Below are positions 11,191 through 22,795 of a stretch of 64,000 nt of DNA, one piece after another. Position 1 is the first letter of the stretch. The number at the start of each line of letters is the position of its first letter. This stretch comes from Octopus vulgaris (taxonomy: Eukaryota): assembly GCA_951406725.2 (NCBI GenBank), contig OX597833.1, positions 9,176,001 through 9,240,000 of the forward strand, in the 5' to 3' direction. A program made the position numbers and the translations under genes. A model generated the notes under the pieces. That model searched no databases. It worked only from the letters and a program-made list of their open reading frames with translations, and was not told the origin of the DNA.

Positions 11191-13962
11191 CCTAGATGAG
11201 AGATGAGATGTCTTTTATTTTTCTTAGCTGATCTAGAACTGAGTTCACTGACTGAAAGGTGCACATTATGTACTACATTGATTGTAAATGAGTTGTGAAC
11301 CAAACATTTAAGCACTACTGACTGTCTATGTAACTGTAAATGGATATCTAAACAAGATACAGATTTATGCCAAATGGAGCCACTAGATTTTATTCTTTTC
11401 TTTTTTTTTTTTCGTTTGTAATGGTAACTTTTATTCTCAAGCGTACAGCTTTGACAGAGGAGGGCTCTAGAAAGTTGACTCACAGCAGGTAGACATAGTT
11501 TTCAACAATCATTCCAGCAACCATGACATTCTTAGATATTACCTTCAGAATGTTAAAGGTTTTTATAAAGGTTCAGAGAAATTTATTAAAGAAAAAAAAA
11601 ATCTAAATCATATTTAGTAAAAGTTAAAAAAAAAGTATTTTAAATTTATTTAAAAACACTGGAAATAAATTGTTGTTAGTTTATGTTAATTAATTAATTA
11701 TGGTAAATCAAATTAGTTTTAAAAATAACAACATTCTGTCAGAGGTTGTGGGGGGGTGGAGAACCTTAGAAGAAGTTTTAATATTTGATTTTATGAAAAT
11801 ATGGTGCCAATAACATCATTAATCAGTAATTAAAATTCAGAAGAAAATGGAGGGAAAGAGGCAAGGGTAGCATAGGAAAAAATGTTTTTTCCTATTTTAG
11901 GTTTTAAAAAAAATGTATTATTTTAGCTGATTTTGTGCTTTTAGTTGGATCATCTTAATAGCTGTTCTACTAATAGTAAATGGTTAAGGATACTGGTAAC
12001 AGGAAATTAAAAGACTCTATAGAAAGAAATGAGAAACCCTTGAATGAAGCAAATGAAAGGAGTGTGTTTGTGTGAAGCCTGTGTAGACAGAGGCCTGTGT
12101 GGATGTTGTTACTTGGCTAACATACCGACTGCTGCTGTTCGGAGAAAGCAGCCAACTCTACAAACACATGTGCTGGTTCTTATGCAAGTGATATCTTACA
12201 ATGCTGTTATTTACTGCTTACCAAACCATATTTCCAACATACTGCCAAACTAAGACAACATAACTACAGTGTTCATATCATTTAAAGCTGCTGCTGCTGC
12301 TGCTGCTACTACTACTACTACTACTGTCTGCCTGTCTATCTGTCTATCAATATTAGTTTTGTATGAAACTGATATATTCATCAAGTTTCAAAATAAATAA
12401 AAGCCTTGTTACACTGTAGAGATGACATAAAACATGTGAATGGTCTCTCACAAATGGATTACATTCATTAAAACATGAATTAAGGTTAAAGAAGAAAGAA
12501 ATTTCAAAACATTTTACAGCGGAAAAAAAAAAAGATTGACTTTATAAGTGACATAGTTGGTATATATTGCTCAGAGTTCTGGAAGGACTAAGCAACACAC
12601 ACACACACACATCCAAATATACGTGTGTGCATGTGTATGTATATATTTATATATATACACATACACACACGTGTGCTTAGGCAATCTAAGTGGACGGACC
12701 CTGTAGAAGAAAACTGAGGGTAGACAAGGGAAGGAATGGCAGAGGCAGTGATGGAGGGGGTGGAGAGAGATAAACATTGGATGCTGAAGCTTGTGAAAGA
12801 GAGAACAAGGAACTGACCATGCAAAAATGGAGAAATAAGTATAGAATGATGATGATGATGACGATGAGGATAGGAAGAGAAGATGATGATGATATATGTA
12901 AAATGTACTAAAATGAGAACGGTAGAAAGTGTAGAAGGGAAGTTAGAGCAACTAGTAACTGTTTGATATAGAAACATGTCGAAAGAAAAGAATTATGTGA
13001 TAATTAAATTGCTAAACCTAAACTATGCGAACCAGATGGAAAGTAAAAACAAAGAGGACGGAGAGTGAGAAAGGAAAAAAAGGGATTGAATTGCACGAAA
13101 GTTCTTACCTCAGACCAACAACTACAACATGTTTGTCGTCTTGTGTTTTTAGAACTTTGGATACATACACACACATACACACACACACACTGAGAAATAT
13201 CTAGGGGGAGCTAAGTCAGGCACTTCAATTTTGGTTAATAATCACAAGAATTATGATTTTCATGTCTAGGAATAAAAAGAAGAGGAATTATTAAAGAGAA
13301 AGAATAAAAACAAAACTGGTGCATAAAATGAAAAGTTGGAGGAATATGAATAAAAGAGATATTTTTGAGATCCATCTCTTTATTAAAAGAATGATTCCAT
13401 TTTTAGAATTAAAGACAACAAAAATTTGTTTTCTCTTTTTACAGAACTTGTAAATATTCTCCTGGGGTGAGTCTAGAACTCCTTACATTCTATTTGCCAG
13501 GATTCATATCCTGATAAGTGAGAGTTAATGACTCCCATATATTTAAATCAACCAAATTTAACTAATTCTTTCTGTCTCATTCTCCAAAATTCTTTGGGAA
13601 TCATTTTTCTAAACTTGAGATTATTTATAATCTCAAGTTGAGGCAACTACTTCATTTGAAAAAGCTTCAAGTTTTTCTGCAAGTTTTTTTCTGCAGGCAA
13701 GCGTAGGTCTAGTTAATGATTTAATAGACAAGGAATATTAGAATGGATAGTGGGGTTGGGGTTGGGGAAAGAGATAGTATTACGACTGTGTCTGAAGAGC
13801 TGGCAGTTCATAAAAAATGGAAATATTTTATGCCAGTGTCTGATGCAGTCTCCTCTATTTTCTAGAATATTTTTCAAAGATAGAAGCCCAGATGTGAAAT
13901 CCTTGCTGTTGTCTTGTTTAATGTTTGATCCCAGTTTTGATGCAATAATTGTTAAAGTAGGG

Positions 13963-14165
13963 TGGTGAGCTGGCACAGTCGTTAGCATGCCAGGTGAAAT
14001 GCTTAGCAGTATTTCGTCTGTCTTTATGTTCTGAGTTCAAATTCTGCCAAGGTCAACTTTGCCTTTCATCCTTTCGGGGTTGATAAATTAAGTACCAGTT
14101 GCATACTGGGGTCACTCTAATCGACTGCCCCCTCCCCCCAAATTTCAGGCCTTGTAACTAGAGCA
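13963..14165 (+). mobile_element. SINE family A, near-complete copy
   Basis: A-box-like TGGCACAGTCG and B-box-like GAGTTCAAATTC; body shared with four other copies in the window. Confidence 0.7.
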
Positions 14166-14567
14166 GGAAAGAATAATTGTTATAGTGGTTAAGTGAGCTT
14201 TGTGTTGATGGGAAAAACACTGAATTTAAGATTGTTTTATCATTTCCTGGAATAGAGGCAGCAGCTAATTAAATGAACTCATTAATTATTTTATTTCTGT
14301 TGTACTGCACAACAATTCTGAATATGTGGTAGACACTCCTCTAACAGAATGGTGAGGACTTGTTGACACTGACCTAATACCGAGGATACAAAACAAATGT
14401 TACAGGTCATTAGTATTTTATTTATTCCAATTAAGTTGAGTAATTACATACATTAGCTTCCTGATATAAGAAACCCTCATCTAGACTGAGACCTTTAAAA
14501 AATCCTATCATCTCCAATGGTTCGTTTATGAACTTAGACTATTTTTTATGTGATTCTACACTTCTGG

Positions 14568-14596
<29 letters not shown>

Positions 14597-14599
<3 letters not shown>

Positions 14600-14830
14600 G
14601 CAGGCATGGTTGAGTGGTTAAGGAGCTTACTTTACAACAATGTGGTTTCAGGTTCAGTCCCTCTGTATATATATTTGTGTTTGTCCCCCACCATCACCTA
14701 GCAACTGGTGTTGCTTTGTAATTTAGTAGTTTGGCAAACATGACTGGGGTTCACTTTCTTTTTTGACAAAATATCTCAAGGTGGTGCCCCAGCATGGCAG
14801 CAGTCCAACGACTGAAACAATTAAAATAAA
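14597..14830 (+). mobile_element. tRNA-derived SINE family B, internally deleted
   Basis: TGGTTGAGTGG A-box and GGTTCAGTCCC B-box; 3' end GGTGCCCCAGCATGGC..GACTGAAACAA shared with other B copies. Confidence 0.65.
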
Positions 14831-15607
14831 TATGGGGGGGGGGAGAGGGAGAGATGGAGAGAGAGAGAAAGAGAGAAATAGTAATGATTCTTAAAATAGG
14901 TAAAATACCAGAAATTTAGTGAGACACTTAATGAAAAACTTAATGAATGCCATAACTTCTCTGGTAGTTATTTATTTGACTAAAAGTTGATTAAGGAAAG
15001 GTTTGAACTCAAAGTGTAAAGGGAGGTAAGCAAATACTGCAAAGTCCTTTTCTCTCCGTTCATTCTCCTTAGGACGGATGATATGTAAAGGATGGGATGG
15101 TTGTAAGTAGAATCAGGCAGAAAGAAATCCATGAAATATAGATTTTGAAACAAAACAGGTACAGAAGAATATCAGAATGATAGTTTTAGTTTTGAGATTT
15201 GACTCTAAAAGTCTTTAGAGTTAAAAATATATCAAGTAAGCTATTTTTTTGCAATACAACCGCATTAAGTAATGTTACAAAAAACAAAAAAGTTATTCAA
15301 TAGCAGAGGAGAATAACTGGTGGTTTGGATGACTAAAGTAAACAGTGAGGCTGTAGACCAATTTACTGGCATCTGGCATGAAAGATAAGTTCCAGATGGA
15401 AGAGAAAAATGAAGGAGATAGTGGTGGTGGTGGTGGTGGGAATTATTCAGATATTTACAAAGGATTGGTTTAGTAAAGTATAAAGAGATGTTAAAATAGA
15501 AATATTTTGATTTCTTTTAAATTATTTAAAACTTATTTTCACAATTGATGGGGTTTAATGGGTTTGGGTAAGTTTAGAAAAACTGTCTTGACATCTTATG
15601 TATGTTT

Positions 15608-15732
15608 GGAGTGGAACGTGGCAGCATGTAGACTGAGTAGGAGTGGAACCTATTACTATGGTAACTAGTTAGGAGTGGAGCTTGTTGCCAGGTAGAATGA
15701 GTATGAGTGGACTCATCCTGAGTAGGAGTGGT
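15608..15732. repeat. Degenerate 32-bp minisatellite
   Basis: (G/T)GAGTGG recurs at 15608, 15640, 15672 and 15704 (exact 32-bp spacing) and at 15725. Confidence 0.7.
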
Positions 15733-15975
15733 ATTTCTTTATTATAAAAATACCTGAATTATTTTTCCTTATTCTCATCAAATTCAATTTCTAAACATTT
15801 TCATTCCATGTTTTGAATATAAAGCAACAAATATGATCTGCTGTATTTTCAGTCCACTTAAAGAGTGGATATTTACCCTCTATAATATTATTTTACTCCA
15901 GTCTATGATGTATGGAACACTGAACTATGCAATGTAATTGAAGCTATATTCTATTAAATATAAACATCCGGATTG

Positions 15976-16180
15976 CAGTAATCCCTCGTCATATAGCGGT
16001 TCACCTATTGTGCACTCAGTACGTTGCGAATTTTTCTGGCTAATATATATAAATTCATATCATGGAATTCTTAGTCTATTGCAGGTTCTGTGTCATATAG
16101 GTATTTATATCTTTTTAGATTTTACTTATTTCTGTGGGAGATTTTGGAATGTTGCACCTGCAATAGTTGAGGGATTACTG
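15976..16180 (+). mobile_element. pogo/Tigger-type MITE
   Basis: TIR CAGTAATCCCTC...GAGGGATTACTG; related copy at 19830-19988. Confidence 0.8.
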
Positions 16181-16564
16181 CAGTCATAAAACAGTTGATT
16201 AATAAAAACTATGGAACAATATCAAAGACATAATGATTATATTTATAATATACTTTACAGAAAGTGTGATATACTTTAACAGGTATTTATCATAATATGC
16301 TTTCATTACATGTATATATCTTTGAACATGTAAAGAATTTCTTCACAGTATTTCAGCTTTCTCTAAGACAGAAAAGACAACTTGCTATAAATAACATCTT
16401 ACCATCTTGAAAAGGGATGAATTATGTAGTCTTTGATATGTAATACTCAAGGAAAAAATAGGATGGTTATGGCTTGAATGATATTTCTGTTTATACATTA
16501 AATGAAGACTACATGTTTACTTGTTAAATGAAAGCTACATATTTAAATATTAAGCATTTATATA

Positions 16565-16967
16565 CTCTTTACTCTTTTACTTGTTTCAGTCACTTGACTG
16601 TGGCCATGCTGGAGCACCACCTTTAGTCGAGCAAATCGACCCCAGGACTTATTCTTTGTAAGCCTAGTACTTATTCTATCGGTCTCTTTTGCCAAACTGC
16701 TAAGTTACAGGGACGTAAACACACCACCATTGGTCATTAAGCAATGTTGGGGGGACAAACACAGACACACAAACATATACACACATACATATATATATAT
16801 ATATGACGGGCTTCCTTCAGTTTCTGTCTTACCAAATCCACTCACAAGGCTTTGGTCGGCCTGAGGCTATAGTAGAAGACACTTGCCCAAGGTGCCACAT
16901 AGTGGGAATGAACCCGGAACCATGTGGTTGGGAAGCAAGCTACTTACCACACAGCCACTCCTGTGCC
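16565..16967 (-). mobile_element. SINE family B, full-length, with TSD
   Basis: tRNA head, central (TA/CA)n and GTAAAAGA tail; 17-bp TSD TATTAARCATTTATATA at 16548-16564 and 16968-16984. Confidence 0.85.
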
Positions 16968-17864
16968 TATTAAACATTTATATATTAAGTGAAGGCTACA
17001 TGTTTGCATTTTAAACAGCAACATGTTTAGAAGTTCAGTGAAGGCTTATGTTTACATATCAATCATTAAAAAGCAGATATCATTAACTGATATTTCAAAA
17101 ACTTTACATGTCATCGAGCCATCATCAATTGATACCCAAGCGCTTACTTTGTCAGATACGCCTAAGTGTAAGTGGTCCTTATCGATTGGAGAAATCAAAT
17201 TGGAAATGAAAAATTTATAATTGATGAAGTAGTTTTTTTCTGACTTTGTTTCATCATCAAACAAGGGAGATGATGATGATGATGATGTTGCAGAAGTAAC
17301 TGATGCTTCAATTATCTCAGGATGGATAAGTGCACCAACTTATCGATATTTCTCCATTTGTTTGACAACAATGCTAGGACCTCAAATTAATTCATGCTCA
17401 CATCAGATGCAAAGGGAAGACTTTAAATTACTTTTCAATAATGATCTGGTAAATTTGATTGTATGAGAGACAATTATTATAATTTTTGTACTTATTTAAA
17501 GTGGAAATAAGTATAAAAATTAGCCTGAAGGAAAAGAGGTTTTGGCACACACATTCATGCAACTCCTGTTTGCTGTTTAAAGATTAAACTTAGGAATTTA
17601 TGATGTCACACAATGAAGGTGAAATGTCCAGAGTTAGGCCTTTAACTCAAGTTTCTTAAAAGACAAAGTCTCAATGGTTCTGGTCAATATTTATGATCCC
17701 ATCCTTTGCTGCTATCAATCACCAGAAGCCAACTAAATATGCACATAACTCCCATTAATAATAAACTTTGTTCTGAAAGATCAAGGAACAATGAATGAAA
17801 TAAAAATTATAATGGAATAGAAACGAGAGTAAGTCACATATTGCCTGTTATAATGATTTTGTAG

Positions 17865-17998
17865 ATATGGGCTTCCCAAATACACGGTTTCAGGTTCAGT
17901 CCTACTGCATGACACCTTGGGTTAGTGTCTTCTACCCTTACCTCAGGCCACCAATGACTTGTGAGTGGATCTGGTAGATAGAATCTGAAAGAAGCCTG

Positions 17999-18042
<44 letters not shown>
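17865..18042 (+). mobile_element. SINE family B 5' half ending in (TA)n
   Basis: GGTTCAGTCC..CACCTTGGG..TTGTGAGTGGAT..CTGAAAGAAGCC. Confidence 0.65.
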
Positions 18043-18045
<3 letters not shown>

Positions 18046-18149
18046 AGAGTATTGTAATTCGCTTGAAGCATTGTATATTGTGTGTAAAAAATAATGTATT
18101 TTGAATGACAGAACAATGCACTGTAATAATAACAATGGACTATAATAGA

Positions 18150-19080
18150 TGTTAGAATTTAATCATCCATAGTCTGATAAGAAGGAAACGTAGACAGACA
18201 TGGGACAAAGTACTGAAGGTTGATCTTAACACACTGAAGTTTATAAAGGAAATGACAAAGGGCTGTACTTGGTAGTACTTATCTTCATCCTGTCTCCCCA
18301 TCAACCTTATTCCCAAACCAACCACCACATTTCGTCCCCTCTCTATCACCTGAGATCAGAATAGGTGCATACTACACCCACCTGCACTCTTCGTTCCCTC
18401 CTTCCCAATCCGGAATCCCTTCCATTTCCCATTATTTTCCCCCTGCCTATGGTCTCCACTAATCACCACTTTCTCCCATGTTGTTCTCCATCACTTAACA
18501 CCTCTCTTATCTGTTACCATCAAAGCCCTCCTATATCTACCACAACTCCTGCCCCTGAGCCTCTCCTATATTTCATTCCATCATTTACCTCAGTTCAAAC
18601 TTCTGCACCCCCCCCCCCGCTTACTCTCACCACTCCCAAAGTCCCTTTCGTGCATGTCTTGATACATCTTCACCACCATCTCTCTCACGACTGCTTTTGT
18701 TATCTTCCTCTCTCACTCAACCTCCTTTCTTTTTCAACAGGAGTATTCATCTATCTACTCGACAGCAAGTCACCTACCCCGTCGTCCCTCTATACCTCAA
18801 ATCTTATCAGCTGGCACAAAGCCATCCCCCTCACTACTACCCCTTCTTCTCAGCTGAAGGGGTTCTTGTCTAACAAGTTAGTCTGTGATCCTGTCAGTGC
18901 TGGTGACGCATGAAAAGCACCCAGTACACTCTGTAGTTGGCGTTAGGAAGAGTGTCCAGCTGTAGAAACCAGGCCAAAACAGATGATGGAGCCTAGTGTG
19001 GCTCCCAAACTTACCATCTCCCGCCGAACTGTTCAATCCATGCCAGCATGGAAAACGGACGTAAAATGATGATGATGATA
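18150..19080 (+). mobile_element. RTE 3' end with long C/T-rich 3'UTR and shared (GAT)n-tailed terminus; related piece at ~60290-60715
   Basis: GRKRRQTWDKVLKVDL (RTE C-terminus) at ~18180, a pyrimidine-rich tract, then the common RTE terminal ~190 bp. Confidence 0.6.
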
Positions 19081-19134
19081 TATATATGTGTGTGTGGGGG
19101 TGGGGTGGGGATGCGTGCGCGCGCGTGTGTGTGT

Positions 19135-19337
19135 GTGAGATTGTGGCCACCACCACTTGACAACTGCTGTTAATTTATGTCCCTGTAACTTAGTGATTTA
19201 GCAAAAGAGACAAATAGAATAAGTATCTTATTTAAAAAAAAATCCTGAGATTGATTTGTTCAACTAAAACACTTCGAAGCAGTGCTCCAGCATGACCGCA
19301 ATCTAATGACTGAAATAAGTAAAAGATAAAAGAAAAA
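19135..19337 (+). mobile_element. SINE family B 3' half
   Basis: CTTGACAAC..TGTAACTTAG..GCAAAAGAGA..GTGCTCCAGCATG..GACTGAAATAAGTAAAAGA. Confidence 0.65.
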
Positions 19338-19471
19338 GTATAGCTTAACAGCACTGGGTGGTGTGGATGTGAGGAAGGGTGGTTGGGATGATGTAAGGGA
19401 GTTAAACCCTACATTACTCCAGTGCAAGGGAGGGCATTACAGTAAAGAATTCTGTGCTTACCTTTTAGAGA

Positions 19472-19509
<38 letters not shown>

Positions 19510-19829
19510 TTGCAACTAATTTTAAAATCACAATGCAGCAAATAAAATTTTCTTTCTTTTACAGAAAGAAAACAACATTGAAAGTATAAAAGATCAAATG
19601 ACCAGGAAAGAATAAACAACCCAAAACTATCACACCAAGGAAATAAAGTAAAAGAAAATAAAAGCAACAGAGGAATGGGGAGGGAGTAACAGGGTGTCCA
19701 CCCCACATTAAATTGTGTGTCCAGCTGTACCTTGCAGACATGACTGAAGAATTGTTCTGGGGTGGAAGTTTCTTAGATAACATAAAAATCTAGTTTCAAT
19801 TATCGCCAGACAACATGGAATGTCATTTA

Positions 19830-19988
19830 CAAAAATCCCTTGACTATTGCATGTGTTATGTTGCAAAACCTCCTGTGATAGGTGAAAAACATAAATACCT
19901 ATCAGCCGCAGAAAGCCGTGCGATACTGAGGAGTCGACGATGTACTGAGTGTGCAATAGGTGAACCACAATATGGCAAGGGATGACTG
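19830..19988 (-). mobile_element. pogo/Tigger-type MITE related to 15976-16180
   Basis: TA|CAAAAATCCCTTG...AAGGGATGACTG|TA; internal GGTTCACCTATTG..CACTCAGTAC shared with the first copy. Confidence 0.75.
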
Positions 19989-20126
19989 TACTGCAGTTTA
20001 ATGGCAGAAATGCACTGGCTTTCCTTCGCTGGAAATATGGTGAAATATTATTAATGACAGGGAACAACTAGAATCAGAATGATGACATGTCTGTTGTTAA
20101 TATGATCTAGCAGCTTTAATGCCCTC

Positions 20127-20290
20127 CATCATCATCATCATCATCATTATTTAATGTTTTTCATGCTGGATTGGGTCTGATGGTTTTACAGGAGGTGGCA
20201 AGGTCAAGTGCAGCACCAAGTTCCACAGTCTGTTTTGACATGGTCTTTTACAGCCGGATGCTCTTCCTAATGCCAACCACTGTACTGAGG
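20127..20290 (-). mobile_element. RTE 3'-terminal fragment
   Basis: (CAT)n followed by the reverse complement of the shared RTE terminus. Confidence 0.6.
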
Positions 20291-21461
20291 GTTCTTTTTT
20301 TCTTCTTCTTTTTACATGATTATGTTAATCACTGTTGTGTTATGTCATTGGAGAACAACTTCTCTTTTCAAACAAACATGTGTTTGTAACATACTCGATT
20401 CATTGCAGTAAGGGGAACTTTGGGACATCTGGTGTTTTTTGACATCAATCTGTCTCCTCAGCTGAGGAGAAACAATTCTATCATGGCGAATATATAGATA
20501 AATATCAACCTTACTTATTGATTTAATCACAAATCATAATGGAAAACTTTTATTATATCTCTGCTTGAAATTTGGTGGTGGGTGTCCCGAAATAACACTG
20601 CATACTTCACAACACATTGTATCATAATATGGTACCAGGCATATCATAGGATAATGGAAGAATGGCGAAAAACTAATGGCAAAGGGCATGCAACATCTTT
20701 GACAACATCGTCACATGTTTATTTTCATGGTTAGAAGTTGTAGGTTTGAAATAATTTAGAATTCCTAAACTAAAACTAATTTTTTACAATAATATCAACT
20801 TATAACTTTGATCTTAATTTGTTTCGAAAACTTGTAAAACGTGTTTAATCTTCAAAGAGACATTGCATACCTATTTTGAGTCATACTAATGTTTGTCATA
20901 GTATGGTCAGAGTAGCAGCATACCCAATGACAGCAACCACCACACGTCACTGATATATATATATATATGTATGTATTCAGAGAGAGAGAGAGAGAGTGAG
21001 TGGGAGAGAGAGAGAATAAAAATATGCACACACACACATAACATTGCTACTTAGGAAATTTAACTGTAGTTATAAAAGATTGTAGTTATGATTAAAGGGA
21101 AACAACTCTACATGTCTTCAATTCGTGAGCTGAGGCGTTCTTGCACGTGTTTATATTCTCTCTTATTATTGGAAGCGGTGGGGGGGTGGGGGGTAGAATG
21201 TTCTTTGCGGTGGAAGAGTCACAAGATCAGAAGATTACTACTGGACTAGACTCTTGTCTCCGTCCTATATATTGTATCTCTCGATAATGATATGAGTTTG
21301 ACGCGGTTGTCTGAGAGTGATTTTAGTCTTCCGTTTTTAAGAAATTGCTAAAATAATTTTAATTGGTTAGGCTAGGGATAGGAAACCCTTTCAGTAGCAG
21401 GGAAAAATAGTGAGGGCTGACGAATTTGACCTAAGAAAAAGGGTTTTTTAATAATACGTAC

Positions 21462-21521
<60 letters not shown>

Positions 21522-22427
21522 ATGTATGTATGTCTATGGTAATTAGTCTATGATACAGCAGAGACCTAGTCATCAGACATTTTCAAATGTGGTCAAAATT
21601 GACTCTTTTCTCCAAGGTTACTCGACCCATTAAATCAAATCTTATTTTTTATTTATTGATTTTAATAATCGGACTGTGATCCTTCTGGGGCACCACCTTT
21701 AAGAGTCTATTTGGTTAACAGGACCTCAGTACTTCACTGCTACATTATTTTATTAACTGCAGGAGGTGACACCTTAATAATTGTGTCAACATGAGAAATT
21801 ATAAGTCTTTTCATTTTAATTAGTCAAGTCATGTAATGACATATAAGGCAATCAGTAGTTATTTTGAATAACAGAAGTCAAGGAGTGTGTTGTGAGGTCA
21901 TGTGAATTAATGTTTAGGGAGCTGGACTCATGATTGTTTTTTTAAGGGCTGTATGAGGAAGTAGGTGATCTTTTCTGTATTGATTGTGTTTACAACTTTT
22001 AAATATATTTTCAACATTAATTTCAAACATAGTTTTTGTATGACAAATAGAGTTAAGAATCTTGCTTGGGAATCACATTAAAAGGAAGACGTAGCAATAT
22101 AAAAAAGTCATCTTCCTACAGTATGATTGATATTAGCTTCAAGTTATATCCGTAAACACCACCACCACTGCTGTCATTGGTACCATCGTCACCATTGCCA
22201 CCACAACCACCAATGGTTAAATGATTAAGTTTCTATGTTGGCATAGGTTGTACAGCTTTGCAATCAAATTCCTCTTACTACATCTTAACCTGTTTTATAG
22301 AAGTTTTACAGTGAAATCTTTCTGATCTAAGTTAAGTAGATGTGAACCTATTTAATATATCGAAGCTGATTAAAAATACTAAAACAAGGGGAAGAGGATA
22401 TTAACTGAATAACAAAACCAAAATCGT

Positions 22428-22795
22428 AGGCGTGGCCAGTGCTCCCTGACTGGCTCCTGTTCTGGTGGCATGTAAAATGCATCATCTGAATGTAGTCGAT
22501 GGCAGTGTTCCTTGACTTCCCCCTATGCTGATGGCATGTAAAAAGCACTATCCAAACGTGATCGATGCCAGGACCACCTGGCTGCCTCCTGTGCCAGTGA
22601 CATGTAAAAGGCGTCCACTACACTCTCAGAGTGGTTAGCATTAGGAAGGGCATCCAGCTGCAGAAACATTGCCAGATCAGATTGGAGCCTGGTGCAACCA
22701 TTGGCTCTCCAGACCTCAGTCAAACCATCCAACCCATGCCAATATGGAAAACGGACGTTAAACGATGATGATGATGATGATGATGACGATGATGA
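22428..22795 (+). mobile_element. RTE 3'UTR fragment with internal tandem units and (GAT)n tail
   Basis: Three units ending (G)GCATGTAAAA precede the shared terminus. Confidence 0.75.

Noticed and set aside
15608-15732. CRISPR-like repeat-spacer appearance
   Set aside because: Eukaryotic context, anchor only ~8-12 bp, spacers related to each other, and no cas genes.
18365-18913. 182-aa Pro/Ser/Leu-rich ORF
   Set aside because: It arises from the pyrimidine-rich 3'UTR of an RTE copy; low complexity and no domain.
19708-20067. 119-aa ORF with a good-looking TTTCCAG acceptor
   Set aside because: Its core is a pogo-type MITE (19830-19988) with TIRs, a TA TSD and a sibling copy at 15976.
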